Assembly (NCBI GenBank): GCA_036260235.1
Contig: DATAAG010000393.1
Location: 1-51,949 of the forward strand
DNA: 51,949 bases
Source: Longimicrobium sp.
GTDB lineage: Bacteria > Gemmatimonadota > Gemmatimonadetes > Longimicrobiales > Longimicrobiaceae
Reading direction: 5' to 3'
Below, one piece after another: positions 27,932 to 36,563 of the stretch. Each line of letters begins with the position of its first letter. Within the stretch, counting starts at the first letter, position 1. The notes under the pieces were generated by a model, which was given only the letters and a program-made list of their open reading frames with translations, was not told the DNA's origin and did not search any database. The translations under genes were made by a program, and so were the position numbers.

Positions 27932-28140
27932 GCCAGCCCTACGCGCCCCCCGGCGGCCTCTGCGAACGCTGCGCGAACGTCCGTCTCGTCGACACGCGCC
28001 GCGGCTCGCGCTTCTTCCTCTGCCAGCTCTCCGAGACCGATCCACGCTTCCCGAAGTATCCGCGCACGCCCGTCCTCCGGTGCCGCGGCTTCACGCCCGC
28101 CGCGGCAACGGAGGAGGGCGTGGCGGAGCGCGAGGGATGA
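27928..28140 (+). CDS. Small 4-Cys hypothetical protein (70 aa), possible Zn-binding
   Basis: ATGA overlap with the upstream stop; GLCERC...RGSRFFLC...DPRFPKYPR.PVLRCRG. Confidence 0.7.
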   Translation: MSQPYAPPGGLCERCANVRLVDTRRGSRFFLCQLSETDPRFPKYPRTPVLRCRGFTPAAATEEGVAEREG

Positions 28141-28274
28141 GGGCGCGCATCCACCTCCGTCCAGGAACATAGCCGGACGCTCTTGATGAAAGTAAACAGA
28201 GAGACTATGTATGTGGGCACGGTGACAGATCTGATGGAGACGTCGCGTGTGTCTTTCTGGGACGAGGGGGATGG

Positions 28275-28907
28275 GTGGCGGTTTATCTCTTTTTCGATGA
28301 GTCGGGGAACCTGGATTTCTCCAGCAACGGCTCCAGGCACTTCTGCTTCGGCGCGCTCACGCTGCGCGATCCCGGGCCGCTGACGGCCGCGCTGACGCGC
28401 GTGCGGTACGGGTTGCTGGAGCAGGGGCTGGAACTGGAGTGCTTCCACGGGGCCGAGGACCGTCAGGTGGTGCGCAACCAGGTGTTCGACGCGCTGGCCT
28501 GCGTGGGCGGGTTCGACTTCGACGTGCTGGTCGTGGAGAAGTGCCGCACCCCCGCCGAGCTGCGCGACCCGTTCGAGTTCTACGCCCGGCTGGGCTACGT
28601 GCTGGTGGACAGCGTGCTGGACCGGTATCGCCACCTGGACGAGCCGGTGGTCGTGATCACCGACAACCTGCCGCTGCAGCGGGATCGCAAGGCGCTGGCG
28701 AAGGCGTTCCGGACCGCCATCCGCGACGCGCGGGGAGAGCGGCCGTTCTCCATCCTGCACCACTTCTCGGCGGCGCACGCGGGGTTGCAGGCGGTGGACT
28801 ACTGCACCTGGGCCGTGCAACGCAAGCTGCGGGGAGACGAGCGGCCGTACCGGAAGATCCAGGGATGGATCCGGAGCGAGTGGGAGGCGTTCGGGGTAGG
28901 GATATGA
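28275..28907 (+). CDS. DUF3800 domain protein (predicted RNase H-like fold)
   Basis: N-terminal YLFFDESG, central FH, ITD, C-terminal LQAVDY..WA; RBS-like GAGGGG before the GTG start. Confidence 0.85.
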   Translation: MAVYLFFDESGNLDFSSNGSRHFCFGALTLRDPGPLTAALTRVRYGLLEQGLELECFHGAEDRQVVRNQVFDALACVGGFDFDVLVVEKCRTPAELRDPFEFYARLGYVLVDSVLDRYRHLDEPVVVITDNLPLQRDRKALAKAFRTAIRDARGERPFSILHHFSAAHAGLQAVDYCTWAVQRKLRGDERPYRKIQGWIRSEWEAFGVGI

Positions 28908-28990
28908 AAAGCGACCTCCCCAGCTACCCTTGCGGGAGAGCCCCATGGGCTCTTGTCACCGGGGAGGAACCTTTACGCTCGTCCTGCTGA
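28905..28990 (-). ncRNA. Putative structured ncRNA convergent with the DUF3800 gene
   Basis: Minus strand: outer stem CCTCCCCGG/CTGGGGAGG, hairpins AGAGCCC-ATG-GGGCTCT and CCC-GCAA-GGG, possible pseudoknot GTGAC/GTCGC, then TTTT. Two pairs work as G-U only on this strand. Confidence 0.65.
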
Positions 28991-28995
28991 CCGGC

Positions 28996-29024
28996 AATAT
29001 ACCGAAACCCTCTCCTCCACGCAA
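28996..29024 (-). promoter_or_regulatory. Sigma70-type promoter driving the putative ncRNA
   Basis: TTGCGT (29024-29019), 17-bp spacer, TATATT (29001-28996); no minus-strand ORF downstream to explain it. Confidence 0.65.
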
Positions 29025-29047
29025 GTGCCTTGGTTCTCGCTCCGCCG

Positions 29048-29587
29048 TCAGCGGCCCTGCTGTTCGGTCATCCGCGCGTTGAACTGCTGCGACTGGCCGC
29101 GCGGAATGCTGAGCGTGCGCCAGCCCGGCCCGGCGAAGTGCTTGGCGAGGAGCACGATCTGCCCCACGTGGTAGCAGGCGTGCGCCACGCCGCGGTCCAC
29201 CGCGCGCAGCACCGTCTGCGGCTCGCCGCGGATGGTGATGGTGCGCCCCAGGTCGCCCGGGGTGAGCGAGCCGAGCGTATCCAGGAACGCCGCCCAGCCC
29301 CGCTCCCACGCCTCCATCAGCTCCGCGCGCCCGTCGCCGGCCAGCACCTCGAACTCCGCGTCGCGGTCGCGGTCCGGCTTTTCGCCGTCGCTGGTCAGGA
29401 AGTCCGTCCATCGCGAGCGCAGGTTCCCCGCCATGTGCTTCACGACGAGCGCAATGCTGTTCTCCTCGCCGCCCAGCGCGGTGAGGAACTGCGCGCCGTC
29501 CACCTGCGCCATCGCCTCGTCCGCCAGCCCCTTGTAGTAGCGGGCCACCCTGCGGACGTCCTCCAGGTACGCGGCTCCAACGTCCAT
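29048..29587 (-). CDS. DUF1572/DinB superfamily protein
   Basis: ENSIALVVKHMAGNLRSRWTDFLTSDGEKPDRDRDAEF, H..YHVGQIV, W.TLSIPRG. Confidence 0.85.
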   Translation of the reverse strand: MDVGAAYLEDVRRVARYYKGLADEAMAQVDGAQFLTALGGEENSIALVVKHMAGNLRSRWTDFLTSDGEKPDRDRDAEFEVLAGDGRAELMEAWERGWAAFLDTLGSLTPGDLGRTITIRGEPQTVLRAVDRGVAHACYHVGQIVLLAKHFAGPGWRTLSIPRGQSQQFNARMTEQQGR

Positions 29588-29622
29588 CGCCAATCTCCGC
29601 TCCACGGGAATGCGGCGTCGTA

Positions 29623-29948
29623 TCAGGCCAGTTCGAGCGCGATCACCGGGTCCTCGCCGGCGTGGCGCATCCGCTCGTTCACGAAGCCGCACCAGTCCGG
29701 CAGCGCCTCGGCGATCTCCGGCACGCGGCGGCCAACGTCGGCGGAGTGCGCAGCTCCAGTGTGAGCACCTCTTCCGGGCCCAGGAGCAAGCGCGTCATCC
29801 CGCAGTCCTCGCGCAGGCAGCTCATGCAGTCGATCCACGCATCGCCGTTGCGGCCGTAAAAGCCGGGGAAGCCGAGCTCGCGGGCGAACAGGTCGTGAAA
29901 GCTCTCCCGGTCGACGATCTCGCGCGCATCCAGCCGTAGCCGCGCCAT
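29623..29948 (-). pseudogene. Frameshifted barstar-family (RNase inhibitor-like) protein
   Basis: SFHDLFARELGFPGFYGRNGDAWIDCM in one frame; C-terminal ...PEIAEAL..WCGFVNER in another; shift near 29751. TGATG overlap with glpD. Confidence 0.7.
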
Positions 29949-31639
29949 CACCCGCCGAACCCACGGCTCTCCCGCACCGCCCGCCGGTACGCCTCCACCT
30001 GCCGCGCCACCTCCGCGTCGCTCCAGCCGATCCCCGGCTGGGCGGCCATGCGGCGGGCGACCTCGTCCGCCACCGCCAGCCCGCCGTCCGCGGCCTCGTA
30101 GAACAGGTGCAGGCGGCGGACGAGCACGTCCTCGAGCGTCATCGCCATCTCCGTGCGGACGGCGTGCGGCACCTCCGCCCGAACGTACGGGTGGCCCTCC
30201 ATCAGCCGCTCCGCGAGCGCCGCGTCCGCGCGGACGGCGGCCAGCACCGCCTCCGCGTCCTCGCCGTAGCTGCGGGCCAGGTGCTCGCCCGTGTCGGGAC
30301 CCAGCCCCGCGGCCACGGCCTGGCGGACGAAGCGCTCCCGGAACGGCTCCCACGGCTCGTGCGGGTCGCCGGGGAGGGGAAGGTCGGCCGTGGGGGAGCT
30401 GCCGCTCTGCACGCGGTGCTCGTCCTTGAGCGTGCGCGCGGCGACGTCGACCACCTGCTTCGCCATCACCCGGTAGGTCGTGAGCTTGCCCCCGCCGATG
30501 TTCAGCAGCCCGCTGCGGTCGCGCCAGATCTCGTGCTCGCGTGAGGTGGCGCTGGCGGCCAGCCCGCCCTCCGGCCGGGCCGGCGCCAGCAGCGGGCGAA
30601 TCCCCGCCCAGCTGCTCACCACGTCGTCGCCCGTGAGCTTCGCCTCGGGGAAGAGGGAGTTGGCGGAGTCCAGCAGGTAGCGCACGTCGTCCGCGTCCGC
30701 GCGCACCTCGGCGGGGGAGCCGGCGTAGTCCGTGTCCGTGGTGCCGACGTAGGAGAAGCCGCCCCAGGGAAGGACGAACATCACCCGCCCGTCGATCGGC
30801 GACCGGAAGGTGATGGCGTGCCGGTTGTCGATCCGGTCGCGGCGCACCATCACGTGCGCGCCCTTGGTGGGGCGCAGGCGGGGGCGCGCGCCCGGGTCCG
30901 CCAGCCTGCGCAGCGCGTCGCTCCACGGCCCGGTGGCGTTCAGCACCACCCGCGCCCGCACCTCCACCGACTGCGCGCCCTCCACCAGGCAGTCGCGCAC
31001 CCGCGCCCCCACCACGCCGCGCCCGTCGTTCAGGAACCCCGCCACCTCCGCGTGCGGCACCACCGCCACGCCGGCCTCGTGCGCGCCGCGCGCGTTCGCC
31101 AGGGTGAGGCGCGCGTCGTCCACCGAGGCGTCGTAGTAGACAGCGGCGCCCAGCAGGCCGTCCGCCCGCAGCCGCGGCTCCTCCGTCCGCGCGCGGTCGC
31201 GGGGGAGCATGCGGTGCGGGGCGATGTTGCGGAAGAGCGACAGGCCGTCGTACAGCCACATCCCCGCCTGCAGCTTGCGGTAGCCCACCGGGCCGCCGCG
31301 AAAGACGGGAAAGAGGAAGGGAAGGGGGTGCACCAGGTGCGAGGCGAGGCGCAGGAGCCGGCGGCGCTCCGCGCTGGCCTCGAAGACCAGCTTCAGGTTC
31401 CCCGTCTCCAGGTAGCGCAGCCCGCCGTGGATCAGGCGCGAAGAGCGGCTGCTGGTGCCGCGCCCCACGTCGCCCGAGTCCACCAGCGCCACCCGCAGCC
31501 CGCGCCCCGCCGCGTCGCGCGCCGCCGCCGCGCCGGTGATCCCGGCGCCCACCACCAGCAGGTCCCAGGTCTCGTCCCCCAGCGCGCGCAGGTGCGCGTG
31601 GCGGGCCGCCGCGGAGAACGGGGGAAAGTCGCCGGTCAT
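29948..31639 (-). CDS. glpD: FAD-dependent glycerol-3-phosphate dehydrogenase
   Basis: VVGAGITG, GTSSRSSRLIHGGLRYL, DDARL, NATGPWSD, GTTD, WAGIRPL, GGKLTTYR. Confidence 0.92.
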   Translation of the reverse strand: MTGDFPPFSAAARHAHLRALGDETWDLLVVGAGITGAAAARDAAGRGLRVALVDSGDVGRGTSSRSSRLIHGGLRYLETGNLKLVFEASAERRRLLRLASHLVHPLPFLFPVFRGGPVGYRKLQAGMWLYDGLSLFRNIAPHRMLPRDRARTEEPRLRADGLLGAAVYYDASVDDARLTLANARGAHEAGVAVVPHAEVAGFLNDGRGVVGARVRDCLVEGAQSVEVRARVVLNATGPWSDALRRLADPGARPRLRPTKGAHVMVRRDRIDNRHAITFRSPIDGRVMFVLPWGGFSYVGTTDTDYAGSPAEVRADADDVRYLLDSANSLFPEAKLTGDDVVSSWAGIRPLLAPARPEGGLAASATSREHEIWRDRSGLLNIGGGKLTTYRVMAKQVVDVAARTLKDEHRVQSGSSPTADLPLPGDPHEPWEPFRERFVRQAVAAGLGPDTGEHLARSYGEDAEAVLAAVRADAALAERLMEGHPYVRAEVPHAVRTEMAMTLEDVLVRRLHLFYEAADGGLAVADEVARRMAAQPGIGWSDAEVARQVEAYRRAVRESRGFGG

Positions 31640-31656
31640 GGGTGGGGAAGGCGGGG

Positions 31657-32280
31657 TCAGGCCGTGGCGGCGCCGCCCGGGCGGCCCACGTCCTGAAAGC
31701 CGAGCGCGGTGAGGAGCGACGTGAAGGAGACGTCGCTGTGGCTGAGGACGAAGACGCCCTCGAAGGTGGTGGCCAGGAAGGTGAAGTCCGTCTCGATCAC
31801 CAGCCCGTGGGCGACCGGGTCCACGATCTCGCCCCGCGCGCCCACCCGCATGGTCGGCGTGCCGATCATCACGCCCTTGCCCAGGAAGGTGCCCAGCACG
31901 CCCACGTACGCCGCGCAGACGATGTTCCCCATCTCCATCAGCGCCGAGCGCTCCAGCTCGCCCACCTCCTGGTGCCGGGCGGGGTCGCGGCGCAGCATGA
32001 GCGCCACCATGCGCAGCGCCGTCTCGCGGGCCAGGATGAGCGAGGCGCGCTCGCCCCCCGCCTCGCTCACGCCGGTGATGGGAACGGTGATGAGCACCAG
32101 GTCGCCCGCGCCGGGGAGGGGCGGAGGCACCGAGGGGTCCGCCCACTGGATGCGCGGCACGGAGATCATCACCGTGAGCCCGGTGAGGGCCGACAGGTTG
32201 GTGGCCGCGTGGCCGGCGCCGATGTTCACCACCTCGCGGATGGCATCCATCTGCTTGGGGGTGACGGGGTTCTGCGTCAT
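31657..32280 (-). CDS. cheC: Chemotaxis phosphatase CheC family protein
   Basis: DAIREVVNIGAGHAATNLS and SALMEMGNI (two ExxN motifs). Confidence 0.85.
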   Translation of the reverse strand: MTQNPVTPKQMDAIREVVNIGAGHAATNLSALTGLTVMISVPRIQWADPSVPPPLPGAGDLVLITVPITGVSEAGGERASLILARETALRMVALMLRRDPARHQEVGELERSALMEMGNIVCAAYVGVLGTFLGKGVMIGTPTMRVGARGEIVDPVAHGLVIETDFTFLATTFEGVFVLSHSDVSFTSLLTALGFQDVGRPGGAATA

Positions 32281-32382
32281 GCGGAAGGGCTCTGGCTGTC
32301 TATCTCTAAGGAAGGCGTCTGTGTCGCCGATCGGCAACCGCGACGGCACGAAGGGTTCTGGTGGGCTGCGTCCGGCCTCGCG

Positions 32383-32434
32383 CCCGGCGGTTGAAACCGC
32401 TGCTGGAACCTCACGAAGTCCGCCTGTGCGGACT
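32383..32434 (+). repeat. Double-hairpin dispersed repeat, copy 1
   Basis: gcggtt-gaa-accgc ... agtccgc-ctgt-gcggact; homologues at 42651-42700 (-) and 51021-51071 (+). Confidence 0.7.
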
Positions 32435-32482
32435 GGGGGTGCGATCACCGGCTCCGGTGATCGCCTCCTCGCCCGGCGCCGG

Positions 32483-32527
32483 ACTCACGCACTGACGCAC
32501 TCACGCACTCACGCACTCACGCACTCA
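32483..32527. repeat. Octamer tandem repeat (CGCACTCA) about x5.5, overlapping the dcd stop codon
   Basis: Seen directly; the TGA of dcd is the first triplet of TGAGTGCG. Confidence 0.9.
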
Positions 32528-33082
32528 AAGTCGCGGCGTGGTGACCCCGGTCTGTCCCTGGTACTTGCCCTTGCGGTCCTTGTAGCTCACCTCGGGGCCC
32601 TCGGGATCGCCCTCGAAGAAGATCACCTGCGCGATCCCCTCGTTGGCGTAGATCCTGGCCGGGAGCGGCGTGGTGTTGCTGATCTCCAGCGTGACGTATC
32701 CCTCCCACTCCGGCTCGAAGGGGGTGACGTTGGTGATGATGCCGCAGCGCGCGTACGTCGACTTGCCCACGCAGAGCGTGATCACGTTGCGGGGGATGCG
32801 GAAGTACTCCACCGACCGGGCCAGGGCGAAGCTGTTGGGCGGCACGATGCACACGTCGCCCTCGAAGGGGACGAAGCTCTTGTCGCTGAACGCCTTGGGG
32901 TCGACGATGGCGTTGTTGACGTTGGTGAAGATCTTGAACTCGTTGGCCACGCGCATGTCGTAGCCGTAGCTGCTCACGCCGTAGCTGATGGTGCCCTGCC
33001 GCACCTGCGCGTCCTCGAACGGGTCGATCATCCCGTGCTCGCGGGCCATGCGGCGGATCCATCGGTCGGAGCGAATGCTCAT
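32525..33082 (-). CDS. dcd: dCTP deaminase
   Basis: [12 protein letters not shown]...[40 protein letters not shown]. Confidence 0.95.
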   Translation of the reverse strand: MSIRSDRWIRRMAREHGMIDPFEDAQVRQGTISYGVSSYGYDMRVANEFKIFTNVNNAIVDPKAFSDKSFVPFEGDVCIVPPNSFALARSVEYFRIPRNVITLCVGKSTYARCGIITNVTPFEPEWEGYVTLEISNTTPLPARIYANEGIAQVIFFEGDPEGPEVSYKDRKGKYQGQTGVTTPRL

Positions 33083-33246
33083 GGCGCGGAACGGAGCTTG
33101 AAGGGGCGGCGGGGACCTCGGCGCGGCGGCCAGAACGCACCCGGTAAACAGGTGTACAGGCCCGTGCCGAACGCGTGGACAGGAGCGCCAAGCTACCCCC
33201 GCGCGCGGGGGGCGGCAAGAGGCCGCGAACGCCGCGCCGTCGCTGC

Positions 33247-33275
33247 TTGACCGGGGTTTCACGGGGCAGTATCTT
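33247..33275 (+). promoter_or_regulatory. Sigma70-type promoter of the nuo operon
   Basis: TTGACC, 17-bp spacer, TATCTT. Confidence 0.65.
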
Positions 33276-33290
33276 GGCCCGGCTCCGAGC

Positions 33291-33308
33291 AAGTGAACGT
33301 TTTCACAA
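33291..33308. promoter_or_regulatory. Rex-like operator
   Basis: AAGTGAA-CGTT-TTCACAA vs consensus TTGTGAA-N4-TTCACAA (12/14), just downstream of the predicted start site. Confidence 0.6.
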
Positions 33309-33338
33309 ACTACCGTTCAGGACAGGTCCAGGAGCGCC

Positions 33339-33695
33339 ATGCTTCGCCCCTACATCCCGGTGCTGATCCTGCTGGGGGTCTCGGTGGTGAACGCCATCTT
33401 CATGGTGGTGCTCAGCACGGTCCTCAGCCCGGGGAGGGCCACCAAGGTCAAGAGCTCGCCGTACGAGAGCGGGATGGTGCCGCTGGGCGGCACCCGCGAG
33501 CGCTTCTCCGTCAAGTTCTACGTGGTGGCCATCCTGTTCATCGTCTTCGACGTGGAGACGGTGTTCCTGCTTCCCTGGGCGGTGGAGGCCCGGGCGCTGG
33601 GGTGGGGCGGCTTCGCGGCGGCGATGATCTTCGTGTTCATCCTCACCGTGGGCCTGGTCTACGAATGGAAGAAAGGAGCGCTGGAATGGGACTGA
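33339..33695 (+). CDS. nuoA: NADH-quinone oxidoreductase subunit A
   Basis: [29 protein letters not shown]. Confidence 0.95.
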   Translation: MLRPYIPVLILLGVSVVNAIFMVVLSTVLSPGRATKVKSSPYESGMVPLGGTRERFSVKFYVVAILFIVFDVETVFLLPWAVEARALGWGGFAAAMIFVFILTVGLVYEWKKGALEWD

Positions 33696-34441
33696 ACGAA
33701 CGGCCCACCGGCGATGACCCGACCGAGGGCCAGCCCGTGAACCGGGAGGGCCTGGCGGTGCACCAGGGGCTGCCGGGGCAGACGCAGCCGGCCACCCTGC
33801 AGCAGCACAACCTCTTCGACGGCCACCCCGGCTTCCTCACCACCCGGCTTGACGAGGTGGTGAACTGGGCGCGCCGCAACTCGCTCTGGCCCATGCCCTT
33901 CGGCACGGCGTGCTGCGCCATCGAGATGATGGCCACCGCCGCCACGCGCTACGACCTGGCGCGCTTCGGGATGGAGCGGATGAGCTTCAGCCCCCGGCAG
34001 GCGGACCTGCTGATCTGCGCGGGGCGGGTGAGCTACAAGATGGCGGCGGTGCTCAAGAAGATCTGGGAGCAGATGCCGTCGCCCAAGTGGTGCATCAGCA
34101 TGGGCGCCTGCGCCAGCAGCGGCGGCGTGTTCGACGTCTACAGCATGGTGCAGGGGATCGACACCATCATCCCCGTGGACGTCTACGTGCCGGGGTGCCC
34201 GCCGCGCCCCGAGGGGCTGATGTACGGCATCCTGATGATCCACGAGAAGATCAAGCACTCCGCCCCCACCAGCGAAGACGAGTGGAACGCGGTGGACCAG
34301 CTGCCGGAGACGGGGAGCTACCTGCCGCAGGAGGTGGTGGACCGCATCACCCTCCCCTTCGGCAACAGCACCAGCCAGAACCGCGCGAGCGGCCTGGTGA
34401 GCACCGGGGCGGTGGTGCGGGTCTCGGACCGGAGTCCGTGA
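33686..34441 (+). CDS. nuoB: NADH-quinone oxidoreductase subunit B
   Basis: [32 protein letters not shown]. Confidence 0.95.
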   Translation: MGLNERPTGDDPTEGQPVNREGLAVHQGLPGQTQPATLQQHNLFDGHPGFLTTRLDEVVNWARRNSLWPMPFGTACCAIEMMATAATRYDLARFGMERMSFSPRQADLLICAGRVSYKMAAVLKKIWEQMPSPKWCISMGACASSGGVFDVYSMVQGIDTIIPVDVYVPGCPPRPEGLMYGILMIHEKIKHSAPTSEDEWNAVDQLPETGSYLPQEVVDRITLPFGNSTSQNRASGLVSTGAVVRVSDRSP

Positions 34442-34451
34442 GGTAGAGGAT

Positions 34452-34518
34452 CAAGTGCCCAGGTTCAAGTGCCCAGAGGGTCGTTTTCTTGACACTTGAA
34501 CCTGGGCACCGGGCACTT
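34452..34518. repeat. Heptamer-based inverted-repeat element between nuoB and nuoC
   Basis: gtgcccaggttcaagtg ... cacttgaacctgggcac. Confidence 0.8.
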
Positions 34519-34531
34519 CCGTGCACCTGAC

Positions 34532-35272
34532 ATGAGCGACGACGGCTTCAAGAAGGGACTCGACTCCCTGGACCAGGGCCCCGCCCCCAGCGACGCGCCG
34601 GACGCCGGCGCGCCGCCGCAGGCGGGCGACCTGCCGCCGCACCCCAGCGTGGACGCACTGCGCGAGCAGTTCGGCCCCGCGGTGCTGCGGCACGAGCTGG
34701 TGGCGGGCGACGAGCACATCGTCTACATCCCGCCGGAGCGCAACCTGGAGATCCTGGGGTGGCTGAAGGACCAGCAGGGGTACGACTTCCTGCAGGACCT
34801 GACCGCCGTGGACTACGGCGGCGGGCGGATGATCCAGGTGGTCTACCAGCTCTGGAGCATCGAGCGCAAGCTGAACCTGCGGGTGAAGTGCGAGCTGCCG
34901 CTGGACGGGCTGGAGATCGACACCGTCTACTTCCTCTGGCGCGCGGCCGACTGGCTGGAGCGCGAGGTCTACGACATGTTCGGCGTGGTGTTCCGGGGGC
35001 ACCCGGACCTGCGCCGCATCCTCATGCCATACAACTACGCCGAGGGCCACCCCCTGCGGAAGGACTTCCCCCTGCGCGGCCGCTTCAGCCGGGCGGAGCA
35101 GACGCGGCGGGCGCTCAGCATGAAGACCGAGGACCACTACTCGCCCCAGGAGCTGGAGATCGCCCACATGCTGGGGCAGGGGCTGCCGGAGGTGTTCGAC
35201 CCCAGCGACGCCTCGGGCGGGGGCGGCATCGGCGGCGTGGGCGAGTTCGGAGGCATGGGAGGAGCGGGCTGA
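34532..35272 (+). CDS. nuoC: NADH-quinone oxidoreductase subunit C
   Basis: LTAVDY, ADWLEREVYDMFG..F.GHPDLRRIL, GHPLRKDFPL. Confidence 0.95.
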   Translation: MSDDGFKKGLDSLDQGPAPSDAPDAGAPPQAGDLPPHPSVDALREQFGPAVLRHELVAGDEHIVYIPPERNLEILGWLKDQQGYDFLQDLTAVDYGGGRMIQVVYQLWSIERKLNLRVKCELPLDGLEIDTVYFLWRAADWLEREVYDMFGVVFRGHPDLRRILMPYNYAEGHPLRKDFPLRGRFSRAEQTRRALSMKTEDHYSPQELEIAHMLGQGLPEVFDPSDASGGGGIGGVGEFGGMGGAG

Positions 35273-35273
35273 C

Positions 35274-36563
35274 ATGGCGCTGCGCAGAGTGGTCTACAAC
35301 GTGACCCGCAACCCCGAGCTGAGCTCCGGGGGGGCGCTGGTGCACGCCCCCGTCATCCCCGTGCAGGGCGAGGCCCGCCAGGTGCACGAGGACATCGCGG
35401 GCGAGCACATGCTCATCAACATCGGCCCGCAGCACCCGGCCACGCACGGGGTGCTGCGCCTGGTGCTGGAGCTGGACGGCGAGACCGTCGTCCGCTGCAT
35501 CCCGCACATCGGCTACCTGCACTCGAGCTTCGAGAAGCTGGGCGAGTACCGCGACTGGAACCAGGTGGTGCCGCTCACCGACCGCATGGACTACCTGGCG
35601 CCGCTCATCTACAACTGCGCCTACGCGATGGCCGTCGAGAAGATGATGGGCATCGAGGTGACGGAGCGGTGCAAGGTGGTGCGGGTGATGTGCATGGAGC
35701 TGGACCGCATCTTCAGCCACCTGCTCTGGCTGGGGACCACGGCCATCGACCTGGGCGCGTTCACCGTCTTCCTGTACACCTTCCAGCAGCGCGAGAAGGT
35801 CTACGACCTGCACGAGGACTTCACCGGCGCCCGCATCACCACCAGCTCCACGCGGATCGGGGGGATGATGGCGGACCTGCCGGCGGGGTGGGTGGAGAAG
35901 CTCTCCCAGTTCCTGGACGGCTTTGTCCCGGTCCTCGACGAGGTGGACACGCTGCTGACCAACAACGCCATCTGGATCGGCCGCACGCAGGACGTGGGGA
36001 GCATCAGCGCCGCCGACGCCATCAACTGGGGCCTGTCGGGGCCGAACCTCCGCGCCTCGGGCGTCGCCTACGACGTGCGCAAGGACCGGCCGTACTACGA
36101 CTACGAGACGTACGACTTCGACGTCCCGGTGGGCGAGCACGGCGACATCTACGACCGCTACCTGTGCCGCATGGAAGAGATGCGGCAGAGCGTGCGCATC
36201 CTGCGCCAGGCCATCGACCGGCTTCCCGGCGGCCCCATCAACGTGGACGACCCGCGCGTCATCCTGCCGCCCAAGACGGCGGCGATGAACGACATGGAGT
36301 CGATGATCCACCACTTCAAGATCGTCATGGAGGGCGTTCGCGCCCCCGTGGGCGAGAGCTGGTTCAGCGTGGAATCGTCCAAGGGCGAGCTGGGGATGTA
36401 CGTGGTCTCCGACGGCGGATCGAAGCCGGTCCGCTGGCGGGTGCGCGGCCCCAGCTTCATCAACATCGCCGCGCTGCCGCACATGATCGAGGGGGCGCTG
36501 CTCTCCGACGTGATCGCGGTGAACGCGTCGCTCGACATCGTGCTGGGAGAGATTGACCGATGA
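35274..36563 (+). CDS. nuoD: NADH-quinone oxidoreductase subunit D
   Basis: NIGPQHPATHGVLR, DRMDY, ESSKGELG, DIVLGEIDR. Confidence 0.95.
   Translation: MALRRVVYNVTRNPELSSGGALVHAPVIPVQGEARQVHEDIAGEHMLINIGPQHPATHGVLRLVLELDGETVVRCIPHIGYLHSSFEKLGEYRDWNQVVPLTDRMDYLAPLIYNCAYAMAVEKMMGIEVTERCKVVRVMCMELDRIFSHLLWLGTTAIDLGAFTVFLYTFQQREKVYDLHEDFTGARITTSSTRIGGMMADLPAGWVEKLSQFLDGFVPVLDEVDTLLTNNAIWIGRTQDVGSISAADAINWGLSGPNLRASGVAYDVRKDRPYYDYETYDFDVPVGEHGDIYDRYLCRMEEMRQSVRILRQAIDRLPGGPINVDDPRVILPPKTAAMNDMESMIHHFKIVMEGVRAPVGESWFSVESSKGELGMYVVSDGGSKPVRWRVRGPSFINIAALPHMIEGALLSDVIAVNASLDIVLGEIDR

Noticed and set aside
28183-28211. Plus-strand promoter for the DUF3800 gene (TTGATG-17 bp-TATGTA)
   Set aside because: The region is AT-rich and plausible, but the -10 lacks the conserved final T; not strong enough to call.
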